64,000 nucleotides of DNA from Gemmatimonadales bacterium (GTDB lineage Bacteria; Gemmatimonadota; Gemmatimonadetes; Gemmatimonadales; GWC2-71-9): positions 9,731 to 73,730 of the forward strand of contig JBFJHJ010000012.1 of NCBI GenBank assembly GCA_041613315.1, given 5' to 3'. Every line of letters begins with the position of its first letter. Within the stretch, counting starts at the first letter, position 1. Both the position numbers and the translations under genes were made by a program. The notes under the pieces were generated by a model. The model was not told the origin of the DNA and searched no databases. It was given only the letters and a program-made list of their open reading frames with translations. Below, in pieces: positions 53,194-63,049 of the stretch.

Positions 53194-54543
53194 TCAGCCG
53201 CTCACCGGCACCGAGGTCGCCAGGCCCGTCACCGCCTCGACCACGATCGCAAACTCGTCATCGGCAATCGTGCGGACGTCGAACACGAGCCGGTCGTCCT
53301 GAACTCGCGCGATGACCGGTGGATCGTGGGCGCGGAGCGCGGCCAGCGCGGCGTCGCAGGAGGAGACGGCGAGCGTGACGAGCGTGGTCGGCAGGGCCGC
53401 CTCCGGGAAGGCGCCGCCGCCCACGGCGGACGAGCCCGGCTCGGTGCCGGCGCCGGGAAGGCGCCGCGCCAGGCGACGGGCGCGCCGCTTGAGTGCGGCG
53501 GGATCGGCGGTCAGCATCTGGAGCGTGGGAATCTCGGCCCGCGCCCGCTCGGGATCTCGGTAGAGCGCCAACGTCGCTTCGAGGGCCGCCAGCGTCACCT
53601 TGTCCGGCCGTAGCGCCCGCGCCATCGGGTTCCGCGCGGCCTGCCCGACGTGGGACACCGGGCCGACGATGATGCCCGCCTGCGGGCCGCCGAGCAGCTT
53701 GTCGCCCGAGAAAATGACCGTGGCCCCGGTCGCCACCGCGTCGCGCACGAGCGGCTCGCCCGAGAGGCCGTAGGCCTCCAGCGAGATCAAGAGCCCGCTC
53801 CCCACATCGAACACGGTGGGGAGTCCCCGGGGGCCGCCCAGGCCCACCAATTCCTCGATCGAGGCCTCGGTGACGAAGCCGCTGAGGCGGAAGTTCGAGC
53901 GGTGCACCTTGAGCAGCAGCCGGGTCGTGGGGGCGAGCGCCTGCTCGTAGTCGCGGAGCCGCGTGCGGTTGGTGGTGCCCACCTCGCGCAGCACGCTGCC
54001 GCTCCGCGCCAGGATCTCGGGGAGGCGAAATGCGCCGCCGATCTCCACGAGCTCGCCGCGGGAGACGATCGTCTCACCGCCGGCCGCCGTCGTGTTGAGG
54101 ACGAGCATGAGCGCCGCCGCGGCGTTGTTCGCCACGAGCGCGGTCTCCGCGCCGGTCAGCTCCTGCAGGAGATCGCGCAGGTGGTCCTGGCGCGAGCCGC
54201 GCTCTCCCCCCTCGAGATCGTACTCGAGCGTGCAGTACCCGAGCGCGCCCTCCACCGCGCGTCGCGCGGCGTCCGCGAGGGGCGCCCGGCCGAGGTTGGT
54301 GTGCAGGACCACGCCCGTGGCGTTCACGACCCGGCGCAGCGACCGGCGGCTCGCGTCATCCAGGCGGCGCTGCACGGCGGGCATCCAACCCTCGGTCGGC
54401 TCGGCACCGTGCTGCTCCCGGGCGGCGGCTAGCGTCGCGCGGACCGCGTCGACCAGGAGCGCCCGCGGTACGTCGGCTGCCAGTCCCGCGCGCTCGGCGT
54501 CCGCCAGCAGCGCGTGCACCGCGGGGAGCCGGCGGCGGTTCAT
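53194..54543 (-). CDS. selA: L-seryl-tRNA(Sec) selenium transferase
   Basis: VVNATGVVLHTNLGRAPL, SRGELVEIGG.FRLP, EVGTTNRT, FSGDKLLGGPQAG. Confidence 0.96.
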   Translation of the reverse strand: MNRRRLPAVHALLADAERAGLAADVPRALLVDAVRATLAAAREQHGAEPTEGWMPAVQRRLDDASRRSLRRVVNATGVVLHTNLGRAPLADAARRAVEGALGYCTLEYDLEGGERGSRQDHLRDLLQELTGAETALVANNAAAALMLVLNTTAAGGETIVSRGELVEIGGAFRLPEILARSGSVLREVGTTNRTRLRDYEQALAPTTRLLLKVHRSNFRLSGFVTEASIEELVGLGGPRGLPTVFDVGSGLLISLEAYGLSGEPLVRDAVATGATVIFSGDKLLGGPQAGIIVGPVSHVGQAARNPMARALRPDKVTLAALEATLALYRDPERARAEIPTLQMLTADPAALKRRARRLARRLPGAGTEPGSSAVGGGAFPEAALPTTLVTLAVSSCDAALAALRAHDPPVIARVQDDRLVFDVRTIADDEFAIVVEAVTGLATSVPVSG

Positions 54544-55730
54544 TGCGTTGGGGGTGCCTCGGGCACGGCCAGCACGGTGCGCGTGATCGCTTCCACGCCG
54601 AGCACGTTCTGGGCGCGGGCCTCGAGGAGGTACCGTCCCCCGGGAACGAGCGGAGTGGCGAAACGCACGATCCATTGGTCCACGAGTCGCGGGCGCTCCG
54701 CCAGCAGCCGGGCCGCTTGCGACGTGTCGGGAGCCTGCGGGGCGCCCGTTCGCACCCCTGGCCGAGCCGGCGGCCCTGCCGCCGGAGCCGCAGCGGAATC
54801 TGCCCCCACTGCCGCTCCCGCCCCAGCGGTGTCGCCGGTCGTCCTCCGCGCCGCCTCGTACGTCTCGGGTCGCCAGACGGCGACGTGGGGGACTTCGACC
54901 GTGTCCGGCAGCGCCCAGGCCGTGACGCTGGTGAGGATCGGGGGCTCGAGTGCCAGGCGCTGGCTGAACTCGAGCCGCGCAGTCACGGAGTCAATGGCCA
55001 CGGCGCGCCGGAGCGCTGGCCCGGCGGAATCGTGCGTGAACGTCCAGTAGACGTGACTCGCGGTGGAGTCGAGTTGCACGATGACGGAGTCGAACGCCTC
55101 GCGCCGGTCGCGCCGCCCGTTGCCGTTGGCATCGAGGACGGCGTAGACCGCGTAACGGGCCGGCGGCAGGGCGCCGAGCGCGAACGAGCCGTCCTCACCG
55201 GCCTGCCCCACGTACACCAGCGAATCGGCAAGGCGGACCGCCTCGATGAGCGCATTCCGTGCCGCGCGGCCCGCTTCCCAGTCGAGCACGATGCCCGCGA
55301 GCGTCGTCGCGGGAATAGGGATACCGGTGGAGAAGATCACGGTGCGGCCCGTCTCCGTCCGGTTGTCGCTGAGGTCGGCGACGCCCGGGAGTACGGTGAG
55401 CTGGTAGACCACGGAGTCGCGCCAGCCGCCCGCGGGCTTCACCTCGACGGCGCTGCGCTTCCACTTGACGTCGAGCCGCTCGGCGCGCGGCGAGAGCCGC
55501 ACCAGACGGTCGAGCCCGCCGCCGGATCGCTCGCTGATGACTTCGTCGAACTGGATGCGGGCGGCGTCGGTGAAGCGGCTCAGGACGGCCCCCGAGTCGG
55601 GCCGGACGCTCATCACCACGGGCGCGGTGAAATCCGGCGGTCCGCCCGGCGGCTCTTGCACGACGGCGCAGGCGCCGACGAGGGCCGCTAGCAGCCCAGC
55701 GCGCGCCGCTTGTCGGCGAGCGTCTCGCAC
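54540..55730 (-). CDS. Ig-like (Big_5) domain lipoprotein
   Basis: Lipobox VGAC-A..PPGGPPD..AP.V, IQFDE, LDANGNG; start uncertain (overlaps valS 3' end). Confidence 0.75.
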   Translation of the reverse strand: MRDARRQAARAGLLAALVGACAVVQEPPGGPPDFTAPVVMSVRPDSGAVLSRFTDAARIQFDEVISERSGGGLDRLVRLSPRAERLDVKWKRSAVEVKPAGGWRDSVVYQLTVLPGVADLSDNRTETGRTVIFSTGIPIPATTLAGIVLDWEAGRAARNALIEAVRLADSLVYVGQAGEDGSFALGALPPARYAVYAVLDANGNGRRDRREAFDSVIVQLDSTASHVYWTFTHDSAGPALRRAVAIDSVTARLEFSQRLALEPPILTSVTAWALPDTVEVPHVAVWRPETYEAARRTTGDTAGAGAAVGADSAAAPAAGPPARPGVRTGAPQAPDTSQAARLLAERPRLVDQWIVRFATPLVPGGRYLLEARAQNVLGVEAITRTVLAVPEAPPTQ

Positions 55731-58381
55731 TGCTCGCGCCACGTTCCGGCCTTTTGGCGTTCGCGCTCGACCACCTCCGCGGGCGCGCGGTTGGTGAACT
55801 GATCGTTCCGCAGCTTGGCGTCGACGGCCGCGAGCTGGCGCTCGACCCGCTCGATCTCCGCCGCGAGGCGGGCGCACTCCTGGCGCACGTCGATGGCGTC
55901 GCCGAGCGGCACGAAGACGGACGAGCCGTCGGGGAGGACGGCGTGGGCACCGCCGCCGCCGCCGCCGCCGTCCATCGCGAGCTTCCCGATCTTGGCGAGG
56001 CGCTCGATCGTGCGCTGCTCGGCGTTGAACGCCTCGAGCGCCGCCGTGTTCGCGGGCTGCACCCGCGCGGTGACCGCCCTGCTCGGCGGCACGCGGTATT
56101 CCGCCCGCACCGCGCGTACCGCTCCCACTAGCGCCTGCACCCGGCCGAACCGGTCCTCGGCCTCCTCATCCAGAAAGTCCGTCTGGGGCACGGGCCACGC
56201 GGTCGTCGCCAACGGCTCGGCGCCCGCACCTGGCAGGTGGCTCCACAGCTCCTCGGTGACGAACGGCATGATCGGGTGCAAGAGCCGTAGCGCCGTGCCG
56301 AAGACGTGGCTCAAGATCGCGCGCGCCACCTCGCCCCCGGGCACGGTGCCGTAGAGCCGCGGCTTCACCTGCTCCACGTACCAGTCGGCGAGGTCGTCCC
56401 ACACGAAGTGATAGCCCGCGGCGGCGGCGTCGTTCAGCCGGAACCGATCCAGCGCGTCCGTCGTGTCGGTGATGGCCCGCTGGCAGCGCGACAGGATCCA
56501 TCGGTCGGCGAGCTCGAACTGCGCCGGGTCGAGACCGTCCGCGGGCGTCGTCGGGGCGTCCAGGTTGGTCACGATGAACCGGCCCACGTTCCACAGCTTG
56601 TTCGCGAAGTTCCGACCAGCCGCGAACGTGGACTCGAGATCGTTGGGGTCCATGATCACGTCGGTCCCGATCGCCGAGCCTGCCACGACGGTGTAGCGGA
56701 GGGCGTCGGCCCCGTAGCGATCCACCACCTCCAGCGGATCGATGCCGTTGCCCGCCGACTTGGACATCTTGCGGTGCTGCGTATCCCGCACGGTGCCGTG
56801 CAGGAACACCGTCTCAAACGGCGCCTGGTGCATGAAGTGGTAGCCCGCCATGACCATGCGCGCGACCCAGAAGAAGAGGATCTCCGGGGCCGTCACGAGC
56901 GTGTGGCCGGGATAGAACCGCCGGAGATCCGCGGTCGGCCGCGGCCAGCCCATGGTGGCGAACGGCCAGAGCCACGAGGAGAACCAGGTGTCGAGGACGT
57001 CGGTCTCCTGCCGGACGCGCCCGCCGCACGCCTGACAGCCGGCCGGCGCGTCCCGCTGCACCGTCAGGTGGTCGCACCCGTCGGCCTCGCAGAACCAGGC
57101 CGGGATGCGGTGCCCCCACCACAACTGGCGGGAGATGTTCCAGTCCCGAATCTGCGTCAGCCACTGTTCGTAGACCTTGCCCCAGCGCTCCGGCACGAAG
57201 CGGAGCCGGCCGCGGCGGTACGCCTCCAGGGCCGGAGCCGCGAGGGGCGCCATCCGCACGAACCACTGGTCCGAGAGCCTGGGCTCCACGACCGTGTCGC
57301 AGCGATAGCAGTGCCGCACGGCGTGGCGGTACGGCTCCGCCTTCTCGAGCAGCTGCTCGGCCCGGAGGCGCTCGACGAGATACGTCCGCGCGCCGTCACG
57401 CTCGAGACCCCTGAGGTCGGCCGGCACGCGCTCGACATCGGCCATGCGCGCATCCTCAGTGAGGATCACCGGCCGCTCGCCCTTGGGGTCCAGAACGGCG
57501 GCGATGTCGAAGTCGTTCGCGTCGTGAGCCGGGGTGACCTTGAGCATGCCCGTGCCGAAATCCCGCTCGACCGCTGGGCTCACATCGATCCCGATCTCCA
57601 CCGCGGTCAGCGGAATCCGCACCCGCCCGCCGCGATGGCGGCGGTACCGTGCGTCGTCGGGGTGGAACACGAGCGCGACGTCGCCGAACATGGTCTCGGG
57701 GCGGGTGGTGGCGACGACGACGTGCTCGTCCGCCGCGTGCGTTCCGCCGCCGCGCACGATCGGATACCGGATGTAGTACAACGACTCGTCCCGCTCCCGG
57801 AACTCGGCCTCTTCGTCGGAGAGTGCCGTGAGGCAGCGCGGGCACCAGTGGATCACGCGATGGCCGCGATAGATGAGCCCCTCGTGGTACAGCCGCACGA
57901 AGACCTCGAGCACGGCGTCGGAGTACTCGTCGTCCAAGGTGAATCGGGTGCGCGACCAATCACACGAGGCGCCGATCGCCTTGAGCTGGTCCAGGATCCG
58001 GCCGCCGGTCTCCCCCACGTACGCCCACACCCGCTCCACGAAGGCGTCGCGCCCCAGATCCTGGCGCCGCTTGCCCTCGGAGGCGATGAGCCGCTCCACC
58101 ACGTTCTGCGTCGCGATGCCCGCGTGGTCGGTGCCGGGGAGCCACAGCACGGCGCGGCCGCGCATGCGTTCCAGGCGGATGAGCACGTCCTGGATCGTGT
58201 TGTTGAGCCCGTGTCCCATGTGCAACACGGCGGTCACGTTGGGCGGCGGGATGACGATGACGTACGGCTCCCGGTCTCCATCGGCGGGCGGCGCGAACAC
58301 GCCGAGGTCCAGCCAGCGCTGATAGATCGCCCGCTCGATGGTGGAAGGATCGTATTGCGGGGAGAGCTGCGTCGTGGTCAT
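55688..58381 (-). CDS. valS: Valine--tRNA ligase
   Basis: IPPPNVT..LHMGH, PGTDHAGIATQ, ISRQLWWGHRIP, KMSKS, C-terminal coiled coil. Confidence 0.97.
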   Translation of the reverse strand: MTTTQLSPQYDPSTIERAIYQRWLDLGVFAPPADGDREPYVIVIPPPNVTAVLHMGHGLNNTIQDVLIRLERMRGRAVLWLPGTDHAGIATQNVVERLIASEGKRRQDLGRDAFVERVWAYVGETGGRILDQLKAIGASCDWSRTRFTLDDEYSDAVLEVFVRLYHEGLIYRGHRVIHWCPRCLTALSDEEAEFRERDESLYYIRYPIVRGGGTHAADEHVVVATTRPETMFGDVALVFHPDDARYRRHRGGRVRIPLTAVEIGIDVSPAVERDFGTGMLKVTPAHDANDFDIAAVLDPKGERPVILTEDARMADVERVPADLRGLERDGARTYLVERLRAEQLLEKAEPYRHAVRHCYRCDTVVEPRLSDQWFVRMAPLAAPALEAYRRGRLRFVPERWGKVYEQWLTQIRDWNISRQLWWGHRIPAWFCEADGCDHLTVQRDAPAGCQACGGRVRQETDVLDTWFSSWLWPFATMGWPRPTADLRRFYPGHTLVTAPEILFFWVARMVMAGYHFMHQAPFETVFLHGTVRDTQHRKMSKSAGNGIDPLEVVDRYGADALRYTVVAGSAIGTDVIMDPNDLESTFAAGRNFANKLWNVGRFIVTNLDAPTTPADGLDPAQFELADRWILSRCQRAITDTTDALDRFRLNDAAAAGYHFVWDDLADWYVEQVKPRLYGTVPGGEVARAILSHVFGTALRLLHPIMPFVTEELWSHLPGAGAEPLATTAWPVPQTDFLDEEAEDRFGRVQALVGAVRAVRAEYRVPPSRAVTARVQPANTAALEAFNAEQRTIERLAKIGKLAMDGGGGGGGAHAVLPDGSSVFVPLGDAIDVRQECARLAAEIERVERQLAAVDAKLRNDQFTNRAPAEVVERERQKAGTWREQCETLADKRRALGC

Positions 58382-58422
58382 CGACCGGGCGGTCACAGAG
58401 GGGCCCGCGCGCCGAGCGGCGC

Positions 58423-58872
58423 TCAGCTTGCGCTCGGGGGGTTGGCGCGCCGCTGCGGAGCGTCGCTCTCGCCCACCAGGATGCGGTTGACCACCACCTC
58501 GACGGCGTCGACCCCGCGGGCCACGTCGGCGGCGAGCTGCCGCGCGGCGTCGTCAGGGGCCCGGCCGGTGAGCTCCACGATGCCGTTGCCCACGGCCCGC
58601 GCCTCCACGGCCAGGGAGCGCGTCGCAGGGTGCTCGGTCAAGGCGGCCTGGACGGCGCGTTCCACGTCGTCAGGGTCCGCGAGCGGCGCCGCAGCGGGTC
58701 GCAAGCGTCGCACCGCGCGGCGCACGCGCTCGCCGTCCACGTCGCCCAGCAGCTCGCCCACGACGAGGCCCGTCAGCAGCCCCACGCCGAGTCCCGCCGC
58801 CGCCGAGAGCACGACGCCGGCCCAATGCTGTTCTCGATGGTGAATGCGAATCAGGGTCGCCTCCTGTGGCAC
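58423..58872 (-). CDS. BON-domain membrane-anchored protein
   Basis: TM segment then VQAAL...VEA..GIVELTG...A.GVDAV..VVNRI; start uncertain (see finding). Confidence 0.8.
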   Translation of the reverse strand: MPQEATLIRIHHREQHWAGVVLSAAAGLGVGLLTGLVVGELLGDVDGERVRRAVRRLRPAAAPLADPDDVERAVQAALTEHPATRSLAVEARAVGNGIVELTGRAPDDAARQLAADVARGVDAVEVVVNRILVGESDAPQRRANPPSAS

Positions 58873-58886
58873 CGGTCACCGCTCTG

Positions 58887-58899
58887 TGATACAATTATA
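58887..58899. promoter_or_regulatory. Overlapping divergent -10 elements
   Basis: Plus strand TGn-TACAAT (58887-58895); minus strand TATAAT (58899-58894); AT-rich gap between divergent operons. Confidence 0.55.
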
Positions 58900-58931
58900 C
58901 GCAACCGGTATTTCCTTTGGTATAGCGACGC

Positions 58932-59090
58932 ATGCAGCACACTGATCCCGAATTCGTCAGCCGCCGGGCGCTGTGGATCTCCGGCCTACTGGGACTCGTG
59001 TTCCTGGCGGGCCTGGTGCTGCTCTTTCTTCTCGGTCACGACGCCCAGTCGGTCGCCGACTCCGCCGCATCGGTCACGCCCCCGCGATGA
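58932..59090 (+). CDS. Unannotated 52-aa single-pass membrane protein
   Basis: Translated by hand: MQHTDPEFVSRRALWISGLLGLVFLAGLVLLFLLGHDAQSVADSAASVTPPR*; ATGA overlap with thrS start. Confidence 0.7.
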   Translation: MQHTDPEFVSRRALWISGLLGLVFLAGLVLLFLLGHDAQSVADSAASVTPPR

Positions 59091-61030
59091 CGCGCACGAT
59101 CGCGATTACCCTGCCCGACGGGACGATCCGATCGATGCCCGCCGGCAGCACGGCACGTGCCGTCGCCGAGGGCATCGGTCCGCGGCTCGCGCGCGCCGCG
59201 CTGGCGGCGCGCGTGGACGGCGCCGTGTGGGACCTGGACCGCCCCATCCCCCACGATACGGCGGTGGAGATCCTCACCGAGAAGGACCCGGACGCGCTCG
59301 CCGTCATGCGGCACTCCGCCGCCCACGTGCTCGCGACGGCGGTGCGGCAGCTCCACCCCGACGCGAAGATCGGCTTCGGCCCGCCGATCGAGGACGGCTT
59401 CTACTACGACTTCGAGGTGCCGCGACCATTCACCCCTGAGGACCTCGCCGCGATCGAAGCGCAAATGGCCGAGGTGGTGGCGGCCGATCACCCGTTCGTC
59501 CGGGAGGAGGTGAGCCGCGCGGACGCCCACGCACGGTTCCGCGGCGATCCCCTCAAGCTCGAACGGCTCGAGGAGCTGCGAGACGACGAGGTGATCTCGG
59601 TTTACACCGACGGCCCCTTCGTGGACCTGTGCCGCGGCCCGCACGTCCCGAGCACGGGGCGGGTCACGCACTTCAAGCTGCTGCACGCCGCGGGCGCCTA
59701 TTGGCGCGGGGATTCCCGCCGCCAGATGCTGCAGCGGATCTACGGCACCGCGTGGTTCGACCGCAAAGACCTGGAGGCGTACCTCCGGCGGCTCGAGGAG
59801 GCCCAGAAACGCGACCATCGGGTCCTGGGGAGGCAGCTCGACCTCTTCAGCATCCAGGAGGACGTGGGGCCGGGGCTCGTGCTGTGGCATCCGCGGGGGG
59901 CGACCATCCAGTTCGAGCTGCGCCGCTTCATCGAAGACGAGATCGTGAAGCGCGGCTACGACCTGGTCTACACGCCCCATGTGACCCGCGAGGACCTGTT
60001 CCTCCGTTCCGGGCACCTGCCGCTCTACGGGGAGAACCAGTTTCCTGCGATGGGGGCCGGGGAGGGCGAGTCGGAGCAGGTGCGCTACCGGGTCAAGCCG
60101 ATGAATTGCCCGATGCACATCCTGATCTACGCGTCGCGCCAGCGCTCCTACCGCGACCTGCCGGTCCGGCTCGCGGAGGTGGCGAGCGTGTACCGCAACG
60201 AGATGTCCGGCACCCTGCATGGGCTCCTCCGAGTGCGTGCGCTCACGATGGACGACGCCCACATCTTCTGCCGCGAAGACCAAATCGAGAGCGAGATCTT
60301 CGACATGCTGGACCTCGTGGACCTCGTGCTCCACCGCACGTTCGGCTTCAAGTACCGCCTCGACCTCGCGACGCGACCGGAGAAGAAGATCGGCGATGAC
60401 GCGGCGTGGGACGTGGCCGAGCGCGCGTTGCGCGGGGCCCTCGAGAAACGGGGGCTCACGTACGGGATGGACGTGGGTGGGGGCGCGTTCTACGGGCCGA
60501 AGATCGACATCAAGCTGGAGGACGCCATCGGGCGCGAGTGGCAGGGCGCGACGATCCAGCTCGATTACGAGCTGCCCGAGCGGTTCACGCTGGAGTACAC
60601 CGGCACGGACAACCGGCCCCACCGGCCCGTCATGATCCACCGCGCGATCTTCGGAACCCTCGAGCGCTTCGTCGGGTGCCTGATCGAACACTTTGCTGGC
60701 GCCTTCCCGCTGTGGCTCGCGCCCGAGCAGGTCCGGATCATCCCGATCGCCGAGGCGCACGCCGAGGCCGCCGGTCACATCCACGGGCGGTTCCGGGCGG
60801 CCGGGATCCGCGCGACGCTGGACGATCGGAACGAGACGCTCAACTACCGGATCCGCGACGGCGAGACCATGAAGGTGCCGTATATGGGCGTCGTCGGCGA
60901 GCGGGAGATCGCCAACGGGACCATCGCCGTACGCGTGCGCGGGGCGGGGAAGAAGCAGGAGATCGTCCCCGTGGACGAGTTCCAGCGGCGGCTCGTGGAG
61001 GCGATCGCGGTCCGCCGGCTCGAGCCGTAA
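59087..61030 (+). CDS. thrS: Threonine--tRNA ligase
   Basis: TGS domain (ITLPDG), RHSAAHVLA, DLCRGPHV, KPMNCP, AFYGPKID, MIHRAIFG..ERF. Confidence 0.97.
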   Translation: MTRTIAITLPDGTIRSMPAGSTARAVAEGIGPRLARAALAARVDGAVWDLDRPIPHDTAVEILTEKDPDALAVMRHSAAHVLATAVRQLHPDAKIGFGPPIEDGFYYDFEVPRPFTPEDLAAIEAQMAEVVAADHPFVREEVSRADAHARFRGDPLKLERLEELRDDEVISVYTDGPFVDLCRGPHVPSTGRVTHFKLLHAAGAYWRGDSRRQMLQRIYGTAWFDRKDLEAYLRRLEEAQKRDHRVLGRQLDLFSIQEDVGPGLVLWHPRGATIQFELRRFIEDEIVKRGYDLVYTPHVTREDLFLRSGHLPLYGENQFPAMGAGEGESEQVRYRVKPMNCPMHILIYASRQRSYRDLPVRLAEVASVYRNEMSGTLHGLLRVRALTMDDAHIFCREDQIESEIFDMLDLVDLVLHRTFGFKYRLDLATRPEKKIGDDAAWDVAERALRGALEKRGLTYGMDVGGGAFYGPKIDIKLEDAIGREWQGATIQLDYELPERFTLEYTGTDNRPHRPVMIHRAIFGTLERFVGCLIEHFAGAFPLWLAPEQVRIIPIAEAHAEAAGHIHGRFRAAGIRATLDDRNETLNYRIRDGETMKVPYMGVVGEREIANGTIAVRVRGAGKKQEIVPVDEFQRRLVEAIAVRRLEP

Positions 61031-61106
61031 TCCCTGCCGCCTGGGCGCTCTGCCCGCCCTCCCCCGGGGCAGGAGGGGCCGGTGAGGCAGATCCGCGGTA
61101 TTCCGG

Positions 61107-61135
61107 TTGAGGGGGGTCCCCCCCGCCGTTAGCTT
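61107..61135 (+). promoter_or_regulatory. sigma70-like promoter of the thiolase operon
   Basis: TTGAGG-17nt-TAGCTT. Confidence 0.45.
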
Positions 61136-61268
61136 TCACGGCTGCACAGGGTGTCGCGCTGCGGGCCGGGAGGAACTGCGCCCGACGTGCCCGCCTACCT
61201 CCCGCGTGGGCCGCGCGCCGCGGGCCGCGCACCTCGACGTACGCCGAACGGACGGTGGACTCACGGAC

Positions 61269-62471
61269 ATGCCGAGCCCGACAGACCGCATCCCGGTGAT
61301 CCTCAGCGCGACGCGCACCCCCGTCGGGAAGTTCCTCGGCGGGTTGCGCGCGGTGCCGGCGACCACGCTGGGCGCCGTCGCCGTGCGCGAGGCGGTACGC
61401 CGTGCCGGCGTGGACGGGACAGCGGTGGATGAAGTCCTGCTCGGTCAGGTGCTCCAGGGTGGAGCGGGGCAGGCGCCGGCGCGTCAGGCGGCGATCGGCG
61501 GCGGCCTTCCCGACACGATCCCGGCCGTGACGATCAACAAGGTGTGCGGCTCCGGGCTCAAGGCGGTGATGCTCGCGGCCCAAGCGGTTCGGGCGGGTGA
61601 CGCCCAGTGCCTCGTCGCCGGGGGCATGGAGTCCATGTCGAACGCCCCGCACTACCTCTTCGGCGCGCGCGGCGGCATCAAGTACGGCCCGGCACAGTTG
61701 GTCGACGGCCTCCAGCACGACGGTTTGTGGTGTCAGTTCGGCGACTGCATCATGGGAAGCTACGCGGAATACACGGCGAAGCGGGCGGGCGTCTCGCGCG
61801 AGGAGCAGGACCGCTTTGCGCTGGAGAGTCACCGCAAGGCCGTCGCCGCGATGGAGGCATGCAAGTTCTCGGCGGAGATCGTCCCGGTGGAAGTACCGGG
61901 CCGGAAAGGCGCCGTTACCGTCGTGGAGAAAGACGAAGGGCCGCGCAGCGACACCTCGATGGAAGCGCTCGCCGGGCTCCGCCCCGCCTTCACCCCCGAT
62001 GGCAGCGTCACCGCGGGCAACGCTCCCGGGCTCAACGACGGCGGGAGTGCCCTGGTCGTCGCCTCCCAGGCATTTGCCGACGCGCACGGGCTGCGGGCGA
62101 TCGCCCGGATCACCGGCTACGCCACGGGCGGCGGCGCGCCTCGCGACCTCTTCTTCGCGCCCATCGGCGCGGTGCGGAATCTGCTGGCGAAGACCAAGAC
62201 GACGATCGACGCGTACGACCTCATCGAAGTGAACGAGGCGTTCGCGGTGCAGGTGCTCGCGGACGGTCGCGAGCTCGGCGTGGATTGGGATCGGGTCAAC
62301 GTGCACGGCGGCGCCGTCGCCCTCGGGCATCCCATCGGCGCCAGCGGCGCGCGTGTCCTCACGACGCTCCTGTATGCGATGCGCGATCGGGACGCCGCGA
62401 CTGGACTGGCAACGTTGTGTCTGGGCGGCGGGAACGCCGTCGCCCTCAGCGTGGAGCGCATGAACTCATGA
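61269..62471 (+). CDS. Acetyl-CoA C-acetyltransferase (thiolase)
   Basis: NKVCGSGLKA, GGMESMS, NEAFA, GHPIGASG, LCLGGG. Confidence 0.96.
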   Translation: MPSPTDRIPVILSATRTPVGKFLGGLRAVPATTLGAVAVREAVRRAGVDGTAVDEVLLGQVLQGGAGQAPARQAAIGGGLPDTIPAVTINKVCGSGLKAVMLAAQAVRAGDAQCLVAGGMESMSNAPHYLFGARGGIKYGPAQLVDGLQHDGLWCQFGDCIMGSYAEYTAKRAGVSREEQDRFALESHRKAVAAMEACKFSAEIVPVEVPGRKGAVTVVEKDEGPRSDTSMEALAGLRPAFTPDGSVTAGNAPGLNDGGSALVVASQAFADAHGLRAIARITGYATGGGAPRDLFFAPIGAVRNLLAKTKTTIDAYDLIEVNEAFAVQVLADGRELGVDWDRVNVHGGAVALGHPIGASGARVLTTLLYAMRDRDAATGLATLCLGGGNAVALSVERMNS

Positions 62472-63037
62472 CAGACATCCAGACGGCACGGCTGACCATG
62501 ACGCCGACCACGATCGTGCGGCGCTCGCTCGCGATCCTGGCGGGCGTGCTCCTCGTCGCGCTCGGCGCGCAAGCGGCCGTGCCCCTGCCCGGGACCCCCG
62601 TGCCGGTCACCCTCCAGGTGCCGGCCGTGCTCATCGTGGGGGCCCTTCTGGGACCGCGCCTCGGCGCGGCCAGCATGGTGCTCTACCTCGCCGTGGGCGC
62701 CGCTGGCGCCCCCGTCTTCGCCCCCGCCGGCGTGCCGGGCCTGGCGCGCCTGCTGGGTCCCACGGGCGGCTATCTCCTGGCCACCCCGCTGGCGGCGGCG
62801 CTCGTGGGGCGCCTCGTCACGGACCCACGGTCGTGGGGGCGGCTCGCGCTGGGCCTCGTAGCGGGACTCCTCGCCATCCACACCGGCGGCGTGGCCCAGC
62901 TCGCCGTGCTCACCGGTGACGTGTCCGTCGCCCTGGCGCTGGGGTCGCTCCCCTTCCTGCTCGGCGACGTGCTCAAACTCCTGGTCGCCGGGCTGATCGT
63001 CCGGCGCTTCGCTTCCACCGCGCGCGCGCTCCTGTAA
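62468..63037 (+). CDS. bioY: Biotin transporter BioY
   Basis: PVPVTLQ..LLGPRLG..S..LYL..G..G.PVFA, GPTGGYL, PFLLGD.LK; ATGA overlap with thiolase. Confidence 0.92.
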   Translation: MTDIQTARLTMTPTTIVRRSLAILAGVLLVALGAQAAVPLPGTPVPVTLQVPAVLIVGALLGPRLGAASMVLYLAVGAAGAPVFAPAGVPGLARLLGPTGGYLLATPLAAALVGRLVTDPRSWGRLALGLVAGLLAIHTGGVAQLAVLTGDVSVALALGSLPFLLGDVLKLLVAGLIVRRFASTARALL

Positions 63038-63049
63038 AGGGCGCGCGTT

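Noticed and set aside
58873..59086. T-box or attenuator upstream of thrS/valS
   Set aside because: No T-box consensus or terminator; the space is filled by divergent promoters and a small ORF
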